Source of the DNA: Polyangia bacterium
Lineage (GTDB): Bacteria; Myxococcota_A; Polyangia; Nannocystales; Nannocystaceae
Direction of reading: 5' to 3'
Length of the DNA: 64,000 bases
Assembly: GCA_030430565.1 (NCBI GenBank)
Contig: JAUIKS010000004.1
Span: 205,992-269,991 of the forward strand
Of the stretch, positions 37,589-47,416 are shown piece by piece (the stretch's first letter is position 1; each line of letters opens with the position of its first letter). The translations under genes were made by a program, and so were the position numbers. The notes beneath the pieces are model-generated. The model saw nothing but the letters and a program-made list of their open reading frames with translations. It was not told where the DNA came from and ran no database searches.

Positions 37589-39538
37589 TCAGGGCGTTGT
37601 GTCGATCATCGGAGCGCCGTCGGTGACGAGGCTCGTGAAGAACCGCGAGCGTGCGGCCCTCACCTCGGGATCGGTGTATGCGACGAAGTGATCGCCGCTG
37701 ACTTGAAGCACGGCGGCGGTGGCCTGGTCGTCGATATTGGCGCTGACGGGCATCGTCACCGGGTCGAGGCCGAGGTGCTCGTGGGTAGCTCCCTCGAGCA
37801 GCGGGGGCGCGACCACGGGGACACCGGCGGCGGCGGCCAGGATGAGGGTGGTGATCGGAGGGGTCTGGATGTCCACGTCACCAGAGGACATGAGGACGTG
37901 CTTCTTGGGCCCCCCGAGCTGAGGGGCGAACCACAAGCGCGCGTAGTTAATGGGATCGGCGGTCTCGTTCAGCAGTTGCACGAGGGTCAGCGCGGGGTGG
38001 TACTCACTGAGCACGTCCGTGGAGACACCGAGATAGTCGGCGAACGCGGGGAGGAACAGGAGCCAGTCCTGGCGGTAGAGCGCCGAGTAGATCGTCAGCC
38101 CGCCAGCAGCCGAGAGCAGACCGCCGCGCAGCTGGGGAACGGTGCCCAGGGTAATGGCGCCGCTCAAGCCGCCGAGGGAGTGGCCGAAGAAGTAGAGCCG
38201 CTCACTGTCGAACTCGACCGCGATCGCGGGGCCATCGAGCGTGATCGAAAATCCGCCCGCCTGGACCGCGCGCGCGAGCGTGAGCACGTCGATCGCCGCG
38301 TGCCGCAGCGCGGTCGTCATCGTCGCCGGGTTGAGCACGCACGACCACGGGTTGATGCCAGGGCCGCGCGCGCCGTGGAGCGGCTGGTCGATCCCGATCA
38401 CGGCGAGTCCACCGGCGAGCTCCTCGATCGGCGGTGCGCCGCCTACCGTGCAGGTCTCATAATCTCCGCCGGATCCGTGGGCGCAGATGACGAGCGGCCA
38501 GCCGCCTGCGGGCGCGGGTGCGTCGGGGACTAGCAAACTAAAACGCATCATCTCCGATCCCTGGACGATCGGGCGGCCCTGGTCGTCGAACTCGAAGCCG
38601 CCGCCGTCCTCCGGTAGGCAGTGCGGCTGCTGCCCTGATAAGAACTTCGGGGCGAGGTACGTCCCGCGCAGATGATGGGCGGCGACCCCCGGGGCGAGCA
38701 GCGCCGTGCTCACGTAGCTCACGCTGTCGATCACCGCGGGCGCGGGCGCCTCGGGATCCTCGAGCAGGAACTGTTGGATCTCGACGAGCTCGCGCGTCGC
38801 CGTGTCGGTGGTGAAGCAGGTCGCCGAGACGACGTGATCGAGCGCGCTCGGGTCGAGCGCGTCGAGATAGGCGCGCAGCGGCGCGAGCGCCTCGTCAGAC
38901 TCGATCGCCGTGGTGAACGCGGGGACACGCGAGACTGGGAGGCCATCGATGTCACTCAGCGCGTCGTTGACCCACGCGCAGTAGACCTCGCCCTCCCGGA
39001 GCGCGAGACCCGGGAGCGTGCGCAGGGCCAGCGTGTCATGGGGGACGTAGGGATCGGCGCCGGCGGTGTAGAGCCGCGTGGTCAGTGGTAACCGCAGCCC
39101 GTAGGCCGGGCTGCCGGGTGTGACGTTGACGAGTTGGACGCTCGCGTCGGGCTCGTCGAGCGTCGACAGCGACGCAGGATCGAGCGGGCCGGCGAAGGGG
39201 AAATACACCGCCCCGTTGAGCGCGAAGCCCCGCAGCGTCTGCTCGCCGTAGTCGATGTGGGTCTGAAAGATGCTGCCCTCGGGTAGTGGGAAACGTGACA
39301 GATCGATGGAGCCGTCGCTGCCGCGGTGGTGGTCGGTGGGCCACGGGGACGCGAGCCAACCACCGGGTGGGTCGAAGAGCGCGGCGACGCCGAGTTCGGG
39401 CTCCCCCTCGCTGGTCTGCGCGTCGGTGGAGCCTTCGTCGGTGGTGCCGCTCGAACTCGACGCCGTCGAGGCCACATTGTCGGAGGTCGCGTCGCCTTCG
39501 GAGTCACCACACGCGGCGAGCAGGACACACAGCAGCAT
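37589..39538 (-). CDS. secreted alpha/beta hydrolase lipoprotein
   Basis: Start at ATG 39536-39538 ('MLLCVLLAACGDSEG' lipobox), T/S linker, 'FFGHSLGG' nucleophile elbow; ORF opens upstream at 39814. Confidence 0.55.
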   Translation of the reverse strand: MLLCVLLAACGDSEGDATSDNVASTASSSSGTTDEGSTDAQTSEGEPELGVAALFDPPGGWLASPWPTDHHRGSDGSIDLSRFPLPEGSIFQTHIDYGEQTLRGFALNGAVYFPFAGPLDPASLSTLDEPDASVQLVNVTPGSPAYGLRLPLTTRLYTAGADPYVPHDTLALRTLPGLALREGEVYCAWVNDALSDIDGLPVSRVPAFTTAIESDEALAPLRAYLDALDPSALDHVVSATCFTTDTATRELVEIQQFLLEDPEAPAPAVIDSVSYVSTALLAPGVAAHHLRGTYLAPKFLSGQQPHCLPEDGGGFEFDDQGRPIVQGSEMMRFSLLVPDAPAPAGGWPLVICAHGSGGDYETCTVGGAPPIEELAGGLAVIGIDQPLHGARGPGINPWSCVLNPATMTTALRHAAIDVLTLARAVQAGGFSITLDGPAIAVEFDSERLYFFGHSLGGLSGAITLGTVPQLRGGLLSAAGGLTIYSALYRQDWLLFLPAFADYLGVSTDVLSEYHPALTLVQLLNETADPINYARLWFAPQLGGPKKHVLMSSGDVDIQTPPITTLILAAAAGVPVVAPPLLEGATHEHLGLDPVTMPVSANIDDQATAAVLQVSGDHFVAYTDPEVRAARSRFFTSLVTDGAPMIDTTP

Positions 39539-40363
39539 GAGCGGCTGGATGGGACCCGCGGATGGGTGCGTGGGCTCGCGTCGTCGTGGAGCGCCTCGAG
39601 GGGGGCGGCCGCGGTGGGCGATGAACGAGCAGCGGGGTCGCGGTGAGCGGATAATTCGCACTAGGTGATCGAGCATCGTGAGAGCGTTCGCGTTCGGGTA
39701 GTAGCGCGTCGGGCCCCGGGTTATCGGGTTGCGCGCTTCGAGGTATTCAAGACCCCAGCGTCTCTTTTTTGACACGTAGACCGCTGCTCGACGCGAGCGT
39801 AGTGGACACGCCACCGGGCGCGTAGCCGAATTCGCTGCAGGGCTGCGCGCTCGCAGGCGCCGACGTGACAGGTGCGCTTCATGGCGTCTCCCCGTTGATG
39901 TAGCGATGGCTCGAGAATCAATTCACCCGGGGAACATCTTTTTCGCCGCGTCGCCGCGTGGTTCGTCATGACGAGCGACTCGAGTATACGTCGCTCGACC
40001 GCCAGCGAGGCCGAGCGGACAGTGTGTGTTCACGACTCGTGTTCCCCATAGTCTGGAGACACCTCACCGTGACGCCGACTCCCGAGACGAGTCGGTTCGA
40101 ATCGGCGTCGATGCGCTGCCGGCCGTCAGCTCGAAGACGTGTCCCCGAAGAGTAAACCGCTGCCCGCCTTGTGCCTGGGCGACACGCCTCTGCGCCCGCG
40201 GAGCGCGGGGCGATCTCGTCGCGTGCTTCACCAAGCCCCGAGGGAGCGCACTCGAACGCCCATCAGCTCCTCGAGCGCGACACTCCTGACGGCACCTGAC
40301 GCCGCGCGGATGACTCAGAAGTGCTCCTAGGGCCGGAAGTTCACCTCGGGCCGCGAATGCGCT

Positions 40364-41656
40364 ATGTCGGTCGCCGTGTCGCGCGCCCTCCTGACCGTCC
40401 CTGCGTACGCTCTGCTCTCTCCCTGCGTGTCGCTCGCGCTGCTCGTCGGCTGCGGCGACTCCGGCGGCGAGAGCACGGGCGAGGGGACGACCGCCGCGAC
40501 GGAGAGCGGCGCGACGACGACGATGGGCGCGAGCGCGAGCACTATGGCCGCGACGGGTGGCGCGTCCGAGACGGGCACCGCGGGCTCGACCGGCGCGGAG
40601 CCCATCGACTACGAGCAGCCGGGGCCGCACCCCGTCGGCAACACCCGCTTCACGCTCGAGGACGGCGCGAGCGGCCGCAGCCTGCTCGTCGAGGTCTGGT
40701 ACCCCGCCGACGCCGGGGCGGCTGCGGACGCGGCCGCCGGGCACCCGATCGAGGAGTTCGTGCCGGCCGGGGCCGATCGCGATCGCTTCGTCGATCTGCT
40801 GGCGAGCGCGCCCGATCCGGGCACCCGTCGGCAGACCTCCTCGGCGTTCGGCGGCGCGCCCTTGGCCGGCGAGGCGTGGCCGGTGATCGCGTTCTCGCAC
40901 TGCCACGGCTGCACGCGGTTTTCGAAGTTCACCATCGCCGAGCGCCTGGCGAGTCACGGCTTCGCCGTGGTCGCGCCGGACCATCAGGGCAACACCCTGT
41001 TCAACGCGCTCGACGACGACAACGCGCCGCTGAGCGGCGAGTTCTTGGCGACGCGCGCCGGTGATATCTCGGCGGTGCTCGACGCGGTGCTCGACGCCGA
41101 GAGCGCGGCGGTCGAAGCGGCGGTACGCGGGCGCTTCGACGGCGCGCGCGTCGGCATGATGGGGCACTCCTACGGCGCGACGACCTCGGGCCTGGTCGCC
41201 GAGACAGATGACCGCGTGCGCGCGGCCGTGGCGATCGCGGCGCCGATCGAGAACCCGCTGCTGCCGGGCCCGATGCTGGCGAACATCCACAAGCCGCTGC
41301 TGTTCGTGCTCGCGGTCGAGGACAACAGCATCCAGGAGATCGGCAACAACATCCTGCGCAACAACTTCAACATCGCCAACCCGCCGACCTGGCTGATCTC
41401 GGTCAACGACGCGGGCCACTGGGGCTTCTCGGACATCTGCGGGATCACCGAGGACTACGCGCCCGGCTGCGGCGAGGGCACGCGCCAGACCGACGGCACC
41501 GAGTTCACGTACCTCGACGTCGACATCGGCCGCGGGCTGGTGGCGGCCTACGCGACGGCCTTTTTTGACGCGCACCTCAACGACGCGGCCGAGGGGGCGG
41601 AGTACCTGATGACGGCGCAGCCCGAGGGGATCGTCGAGCTCGACGCGCGACTCTGA
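40364..41656 (+). CDS. secreted alpha/beta hydrolase (PAF-acetylhydrolase/dienelactone-hydrolase-like) lipoprotein
   Basis: Lipobox 'LALLVGCGDSGG', 'FSHCHGCTRFS', 'MGHSYGATT' (GxSxG). Confidence 0.55.
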   Translation: MSVAVSRALLTVPAYALLSPCVSLALLVGCGDSGGESTGEGTTAATESGATTTMGASASTMAATGGASETGTAGSTGAEPIDYEQPGPHPVGNTRFTLEDGASGRSLLVEVWYPADAGAAADAAAGHPIEEFVPAGADRDRFVDLLASAPDPGTRRQTSSAFGGAPLAGEAWPVIAFSHCHGCTRFSKFTIAERLASHGFAVVAPDHQGNTLFNALDDDNAPLSGEFLATRAGDISAVLDAVLDAESAAVEAAVRGRFDGARVGMMGHSYGATTSGLVAETDDRVRAAVAIAAPIENPLLPGPMLANIHKPLLFVLAVEDNSIQEIGNNILRNNFNIANPPTWLISVNDAGHWGFSDICGITEDYAPGCGEGTRQTDGTEFTYLDVDIGRGLVAAYATAFFDAHLNDAAEGAEYLMTAQPEGIVELDARL

Positions 41657-41669
41657 TCCGTGCAGGCGG

Positions 41670-44183
41670 CTACAGCCCGAGGTAGGCGAGCGCGGCCTCG
41701 ATCAGCTGCGCGCGGTCGGGCGTGTTGTCGACGCTCTCGAGCGGCAGGCCGACCGTGACCACGGAGTACTCGCCGGCGTAGCCGATCGCCGCCGCGCCGC
41801 CGAGGCCGCCGACGTAGCGCAGCAGCTCCTCGGCGCCCTCGGCCGCGGCGAGGCGGTCGGGGTAGTTCGCCCACATCGCGCCCGGCGTGTAGAACTGCGT
41901 CAGCGGGAGCGCGTCGAACATCGCGGGGGCGCCCGCGGCCGGCTCGAAGGCGTAGGTCTCGGCGTCGTCGCCCATGTAGATGGCCTTGAGGACCTGTTCG
42001 AAGAAGGCGACGTCGTCGGCGTCGCCGAGCTCGACCAGGTCCCAGCCGAGCTCGGCGCCCGAGACCAGCAGGCGCCCGCCCTCGACCTCGAGCAGGTCGC
42101 GGACGAGCTGCTGCTCGATGTCGCTGAAGGTCGTGTGATCGCTGCTCTCCTCGCCGAGCGACCAGATCGTCGCGTCGTAGTCGGCGAGCGTGACGAGGCC
42201 GTCGACGACGGCCTCGTTGGCGACGCTGTCGAGGCGGCGGCCCGCGAGCGCGCGGGCGTGGTCGACCAGGAAGGTCACGCCGGCGCCGCGGCTGTTGCTG
42301 ATCCCCGCGTCGGCCTGCCAGCGATCGTCGCCGTCGACGAGCAGCAGGCGCGGGCCCTCGGCGAGCTCGAGGCCGCCGTCGGGGGTCGTGAGGTAGACGT
42401 CGGAGGGCTCGCTCTCGGCGCCCGTGGCGTCGTCGCGGGCGCTGACGCGCACGTAGACCGGCACGCTCAGGTCATCCCACGGCAGCTGCCCGGCTCGGTG
42501 CTGCGTCCCCGCGGGCACCAAGCGCGCGTCGTCGCGGCTCCACACGCGCCCGTCGTCGCTGAGCCAGACGACGTAGCCGTCGGCGCCGGGGGACTCCTGC
42601 CACTCGATCGCGGCCACGCCGAGCGCGTCGCTGGCGACGCGCTGCAGCACCGGCGCTGCGGGCACGCTCCAGCCGCGGTGGTCGCCGGCGAGCGCGATGA
42701 CGACCTGGTCCTGCACCGCGCGCGCGGCGTTGGAGTTGGGGACTTGGTTCATCAGGATCGAGAACAGGTAGCGGTGGCCGTCGTGTCGGTGAAACAGCAC
42801 GCCCGAGGTCGCGATCACGCCGTTGAGCGTGCCGGTCTTGCCGTAGACGCGGCCGGTGGTGTCGGCGCTGTTCATGCGGCTCGTGAGCGTGCCGCGGACG
42901 CCCGCGACCGCGAAGCTGCGGACCCAGGCCTCGCCGGTCTCGGCCTGGTCCATGGCGGTCAGCGCCTGGACGATGGCGCGCGCGGTGAGGCGGTTGTCGT
43001 GCGAGAGGCCCGAGCCGTCGTTGAGCGCGAGCGGGCCCGCGTCGACGCCGATCGACTGCAGCCAGTCGAGCATCTCCAGCTCGGAGGCCGCGTTGCTGCT
43101 CTCGCCGGCGAGCGCGTAGCCGAGGTGACGCGCGCTGATGTCGGCGAACTCGTTGTGGCTGCTGACGTTGATCGGGTAGACGCAGGTCGCGAGCGCGGGC
43201 GAGCCCCAGCTCGCCAGCAGCTGGGCGCCGTCGGGCGGGTCGAAGCTGCCGCTGGTGCTGGCGGGCCCGGTGTTGATCCCGCGGGCCTGCAGCGCGTTTT
43301 GAAATTGCGCCGCCGCCGACGCGCGCTCGGTCGCGGGATCGTAGTAGCCGAAGTTGTCGCCCTGCCACAAAAACTCGCCCTGAACGCGCAGCTCGCCGGT
43401 CACGCTGGTGACGCCGAGCGCGTCGAGGCGACGCGCGAGCTGGTCGAGCGGGAAGCGCGGGTCGGCGTAGACCCAGTCGGACCAGGTGGGGTCGTGGTGG
43501 CCGGTGAGCACGAGGTCGCCGTTGATCACGCCCTGGCCGTCCGGGGCGGCCGTCGCGTGCAGCTCGGCGACGTAGCGGTGATCGGCGCCGAAGCTGTCGA
43601 GCGCGCTCGCGGTGCTGATCAGCTTGGTGTTCGAGGCTGGCTTGAGGGGCAGGTCAGGCGCGCGCTCGTAGATCAGCTGGCCGCTGTCGAGGTCGACGAT
43701 CTGCACTGACTGGGTGGTGCCGGCGACGCTCGGGCCGTCGAGGATCCCGTCGATCGTCGCGCCCAGCGCGTCGATGACCTCCGCCGGCAGCGGCGGCCTC
43801 GCGGGCGCGGGCTCGAAGGGGTCGCCGGGATCCGGCTCGGGCTCGCCGGTGGTCGCGGTCGTGTCGGTCGTCTCGCTCGGGTCGGCCGTGTCGGTCACGT
43901 CGCTCGTCACGCCCGCGGTGCTGCCCGCGGTGGTCGTCGCGCTCCCGGTCACGCCCGCGGATCCCGTCACGCCGCCGGTGGTCCCGGGGGACATGTCCGT
44001 CTCGGCGCCGTCGGTGGGAACGGGGTCGGTGTCGCGGTCGCCCGCGTCGCCGCAGCCGGCCGCGCCGAGGCCGGTGAGCGCGAGCGCGGCGATGAGCGCG
44101 GGCGCGCGGGGGCGCTGGCGCGCGCGAGGTTGACCGCTTTGTGGATGTTCACGCCGGTGCATGGCCGCCCGAGTATTCCGCAC
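41670..44183 (-). CDS. D-Ala-D-Ala carboxypeptidase/endopeptidase (PBP4/DacB, S13 family) with ~350-aa C-terminal extension
   Basis: 'PASNTKL' (SxxK), 'SHN', 'KTGTL' (KTG) motifs in correct order; lipoprotein-like N-terminus 'LALTGLGAAGCGD'. Confidence 0.65.
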   Translation of the reverse strand: MRNTRAAMHRREHPQSGQPRARQRPRAPALIAALALTGLGAAGCGDAGDRDTDPVPTDGAETDMSPGTTGGVTGSAGVTGSATTTAGSTAGVTSDVTDTADPSETTDTTATTGEPEPDPGDPFEPAPARPPLPAEVIDALGATIDGILDGPSVAGTTQSVQIVDLDSGQLIYERAPDLPLKPASNTKLISTASALDSFGADHRYVAELHATAAPDGQGVINGDLVLTGHHDPTWSDWVYADPRFPLDQLARRLDALGVTSVTGELRVQGEFLWQGDNFGYYDPATERASAAAQFQNALQARGINTGPASTSGSFDPPDGAQLLASWGSPALATCVYPINVSSHNEFADISARHLGYALAGESSNAASELEMLDWLQSIGVDAGPLALNDGSGLSHDNRLTARAIVQALTAMDQAETGEAWVRSFAVAGVRGTLTSRMNSADTTGRVYGKTGTLNGVIATSGVLFHRHDGHRYLFSILMNQVPNSNAARAVQDQVVIALAGDHRGWSVPAAPVLQRVASDALGVAAIEWQESPGADGYVVWLSDDGRVWSRDDARLVPAGTQHRAGQLPWDDLSVPVYVRVSARDDATGAESEPSDVYLTTPDGGLELAEGPRLLLVDGDDRWQADAGISNSRGAGVTFLVDHARALAGRRLDSVANEAVVDGLVTLADYDATIWSLGEESSDHTTFSDIEQQLVRDLLEVEGGRLLVSGAELGWDLVELGDADDVAFFEQVLKAIYMGDDAETYAFEPAAGAPAMFDALPLTQFYTPGAMWANYPDRLAAAEGAEELLRYVGGLGGAAAIGYAGEYSVVTVGLPLESVDNTPDRAQLIEAALAYLGL

Positions 44184-44274
44184 ACGGAGGCACGCGGGGG
44201 ACGCCGCGCAGGCTCTGCAGCGACCTTCACGCGCCTAGTGCATGGCCGAAACGACAGGCGCGTGATGTACGCTA

Positions 44275-45552
44275 GTGCGCGTGTGGACCCGTGCTCAATC
44301 GGTGTGCTCAGTCGGCGCGGCGCTGCTGTGCGCCGGCTGCGTCGTTGCGAACCCGGATTGGCTCCCGCTCGAGGAGTCGACGACCCGCTCGGAGACGGAC
44401 GCGACCTCCTTGGAGACGTCTGCGACTGGAAACGTCGGCTCGACGGGGACGTCGAGCACCGGCGGCGGCAGCTTGAGCGCGACGGCCAGCGGGAGCTCGG
44501 TGGACCCGAGCGACAGCACCACGCTGACGCCGGAGGATCTCGAGTCGCCTGACCCCGAGTGCCTCGGGCCCAGCTTCCCCGTCGTGGTCACGCCGCCGGA
44601 CCTCATGTTCGTGGTCGACAAGAGCTACTCGATGTTCGAGCTGACCTGGGACGGCGAGGAAGGCGAGGAGACGCGCTGGGCGGGCGTCTGGAGCGGGCTC
44701 GAGGAGCTGATGATCAATCTCGAGTTCGAGGCCCTCACGGGGCTCGTGCTCTCGCCGCAGCTGAAGCCGCAGCCCAACACGTGGGGCGTGTGTACCGTCG
44801 ACATGAACGCGCCCGAGGTGGAGCTGACCTCCAACCCTTACATGCCCGTGATGGCGGCGATCCCCCCGAAGAAGCCCGACGTCGTGTTGGAGTACGCGGC
44901 GGCCGGGAACCCGCTCGCGCCCGCGATCGCGCGCGCGCGCGAGCACCTGACTATTCAGCCCGCCGTGAACTGGAGTCAGTTCATCATCGTGATCACCGAC
45001 GGCGCGCCCAACTGCTCGCCCGCGGATATGGAGCAGGACCCGCACGTGGGGCTGACGACCGCGGACGACGACGTGGTCAACATCGTCCAGATCGCGCGCG
45101 TCGAGGACGACATCTTCACCGTCGTGATCGGCGTCGACATCGTGCCGGAGCTGCCGGAGCTGCTGCCGGACTGGGAGCCCAGCAGCGACCCGATCCCGCT
45201 GCTCACCGAGATCGCGGAGGCCGGCGGGCTCACCGGCCCCGACGACATCGGCTTCCGCAACGCCGAGGACTACGACGAGCTCAAGCAGGCGCTGACGGCG
45301 GTCGAGCGCTTCGCGGACTGCCTGTTCCCGGTCCCGGAGGGGCTGCTCGACGCCCTCGGCGTCGACAGCTTCGACGACGTCATGCTCGACGTCGCCGGCG
45401 GCGAGTACCTCCGCGTTGACGACTGCGTCGAGGAGGACGGCTTCGTGATCATCGACGGCTTCAAGCACGACTTCATCGGGCTGTGCAACGCCGCCTGCGA
45501 CGACGGCTTTCAGGAGCCCGACGCGGTGACCGCCGTCGCCTGCGAGCCGTGA
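44275..45552 (+). CDS. VWA-domain lipoprotein with Cys-rich C-terminus
   Basis: 'LLCAGCV' lipobox, MIDAS-like 'LMFVVDKSYSM', ST-rich linker. Confidence 0.5.
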   Translation: MRVWTRAQSVCSVGAALLCAGCVVANPDWLPLEESTTRSETDATSLETSATGNVGSTGTSSTGGGSLSATASGSSVDPSDSTTLTPEDLESPDPECLGPSFPVVVTPPDLMFVVDKSYSMFELTWDGEEGEETRWAGVWSGLEELMINLEFEALTGLVLSPQLKPQPNTWGVCTVDMNAPEVELTSNPYMPVMAAIPPKKPDVVLEYAAAGNPLAPAIARAREHLTIQPAVNWSQFIIVITDGAPNCSPADMEQDPHVGLTTADDDVVNIVQIARVEDDIFTVVIGVDIVPELPELLPDWEPSSDPIPLLTEIAEAGGLTGPDDIGFRNAEDYDELKQALTAVERFADCLFPVPEGLLDALGVDSFDDVMLDVAGGEYLRVDDCVEEDGFVIIDGFKHDFIGLCNAACDDGFQEPDAVTAVACEP

Positions 45553-46109
45553 GTCGGCTCGTGGCGCTCTTCGCAGCGCAGCAGCCGGCCGCCGTCCGGT
45601 GACGCGGCGGCGACAACGGGCGGGCAGGGATCCCCGTCAGGCCCGCGGCGCTCCCAGCCCGGCGACGGCCGGCAGCGCGCGCGCACGAGCAGCTGAGGGC
45701 CGTCCTCGCCCTCGAGGCCGAAGACCTGGAGCTGGCGCTCGGGCCATGTCTCGGCGAGCTGGGGGTGCTCGGCGTCAACGTGGCGCTTCAGCGTCTCGCC
45801 GAGCGCGAGCGCGGCGCCCACGGAGGGCGTCCACGTCGTCGTCTCCGGCGGCTCCTGCAGCACCTCGGCCGCGCGCGCGCCGGGGACGATGACGCCGACG
45901 ACCGGCAGCGTCGAGTCGCGCAGGTCAGCGTCGTCGAAGCGCACGAAGCCGTCGCCGATCGGCGCGCTGACGAGCGCGTCCATGGGCCCTGGTTCTTCGG
46001 GCTGGGCGCGCGCGCTCGGCTCGGGGTCCGGCGACGCGCGCTCGCTCCCGGGGGCGCAGGCGACGGTCAGCGCGAGCGCGAGCGCGAGCGGGCCAGGTCG
46101 GGGGAGCAT
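45510..46109 (-). CDS. hypothetical lipoprotein
   Basis: 'MLPRPGPLALALALTVACAPGSE' signal/lipobox from ATG 46107-46109; weakly supported. Confidence 0.3.
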   Translation of the reverse strand: MLPRPGPLALALALTVACAPGSERASPDPEPSARAQPEEPGPMDALVSAPIGDGFVRFDDADLRDSTLPVVGVIVPGARAAEVLQEPPETTTWTPSVGAALALGETLKRHVDAEHPQLAETWPERQLQVFGLEGEDGPQLLVRARCRPSPGWERRGPDGDPCPPVVAAASPDGGRLLRCEERHEPTHGSQATAVTASGS

Positions 46110-46185
46110 GCTCCCAAGAGCATACGCGACCGCGGGGACCGGGCGTCGCCTGGGCCAGCGCTCCCCGCGACTATACTCGGCGCGT

Positions 46186-47412
46186 ATGCTGAGGCGATTT
46201 AGCTGCCCGAGCTGCGGCGCCAACCTGAGCCCGGAACCCGAGGCCGCGCGTGTGACCTGCGAGTACTGCGGCACGACCGCGGCGGTGCAGTGGCCTCGGA
46301 GGACGATCGCGCCCGACACCCCGAGCATGCCGGTCGCCGTCAGCACGCTGCCGCGCTGGGTCTACGCCATCTACGCGATCCCGGTGATCGGCGTGCTCTC
46401 GAGCGTTGGCGTCAGTGTGTTCAAGGCCGGCGGGCTCAGCGGCGTAGGTCCGCTCGCGGGCGTCGTGCAGTGGTCCTCTAGCGCGGAGTTCGGGCTGCGG
46501 GATGTCAACGGCGACGGCGCCGATGATGTCGTCGGCTGGGTGCGCAGCTTTCAGGGCGTGGGCGGCGAGTTCTCGACGCACATCGCGGCCTACGACGGGC
46601 TCAGCGGCGCGCGGCTGTGGATGACGCCGGCCTTGTTCGCGGTGGGCGAGGAGCACAAGGCGCGCTTTGGCCTGGCCGGCGACGCGGCGCTGGTCACGGG
46701 TCCCGATGGTTCGCTGCACGGCTTCGCGCTCGCCGACGGGGTCGCGCGCTGGCGGGTCAAGCTCGATGAGCGCGCGACGCAGATCTGCGAGCGCGACGAC
46801 GACGCCGTGCTCGTCACCGCGGACGAGCGCGCCCGCGCGGTCGCGCTCACCGACGGCGCGTTCCAGCCCGCCGAGGCGCCGACACCCTGCGTCAGCTTCG
46901 GCAGCGCCCATACCAGCGAGAGACTCGCGCCGCGTCCACGTCACGGCGGCGGCGGCGGAGAGCTGCCCCCGCCGAAGGGGATGAGCGTCCGCGAGCGGCT
47001 CAGCGCGCCGCCCGTTGAGGTCGCGATCGGGACCAAGGATCCGGGGACCGCGGTGCCGATGGTCGCGGTCTATCGAGACGGGCGCGAGCGCTGGGTCGGC
47101 GTGGTCCCCGAGGTCGATCCGCTGACCGTCGCCGAGGGGCCCGCGCGTCACCCGACGATCGCCGGCGAGGCGCTGATCATGGTCTACGAGCTGGGGGATC
47201 ACGACGCGGACGAGCGCGTCGTCGCGCGTAACCTGGCGAACGGCGCGCTGCTGTGGGAGCAGGCGATCCCGCGCAGCGGCGAGGCGGGGAGCGTGCAGCG
47301 GGTGCTCGCCGATGTCGAGAGCGACCGCCTCTACATCGCGCACTGGACCTACCTGCAGGGCTTCTCGTTGAAGACCGGCGAGCACCTCTACACGATCGGC
47401 CGCTGGCGCTGA
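46186..47412 (+). CDS. zinc-ribbon / TM / PQQ-like beta-propeller repeat protein
   Basis: 'FSCPSCGANL...CEYCGTT' zinc ribbon, TM 'WVYAIYAIPVIGVLSSVGVSV', repeated 'DG.LHGFALADG..RW' PQQ-like blades. Confidence 0.5.
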   Translation: MLRRFSCPSCGANLSPEPEAARVTCEYCGTTAAVQWPRRTIAPDTPSMPVAVSTLPRWVYAIYAIPVIGVLSSVGVSVFKAGGLSGVGPLAGVVQWSSSAEFGLRDVNGDGADDVVGWVRSFQGVGGEFSTHIAAYDGLSGARLWMTPALFAVGEEHKARFGLAGDAALVTGPDGSLHGFALADGVARWRVKLDERATQICERDDDAVLVTADERARAVALTDGAFQPAEAPTPCVSFGSAHTSERLAPRPRHGGGGGELPPPKGMSVRERLSAPPVEVAIGTKDPGTAVPMVAVYRDGRERWVGVVPEVDPLTVAEGPARHPTIAGEALIMVYELGDHDADERVVARNLANGALLWEQAIPRSGEAGSVQRVLADVESDRLYIAHWTYLQGFSLKTGEHLYTIGRWR

Positions 47413-47416
47413 GAAC

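Noticed and set aside
39721-39969. 82-aa ORF in the long divergent intergenic region
   Set aside because: No motif, arginine-rich low-complexity sequence, no RBS-like context. Kept only as a possible unannotated small gene under the intergenic finding.
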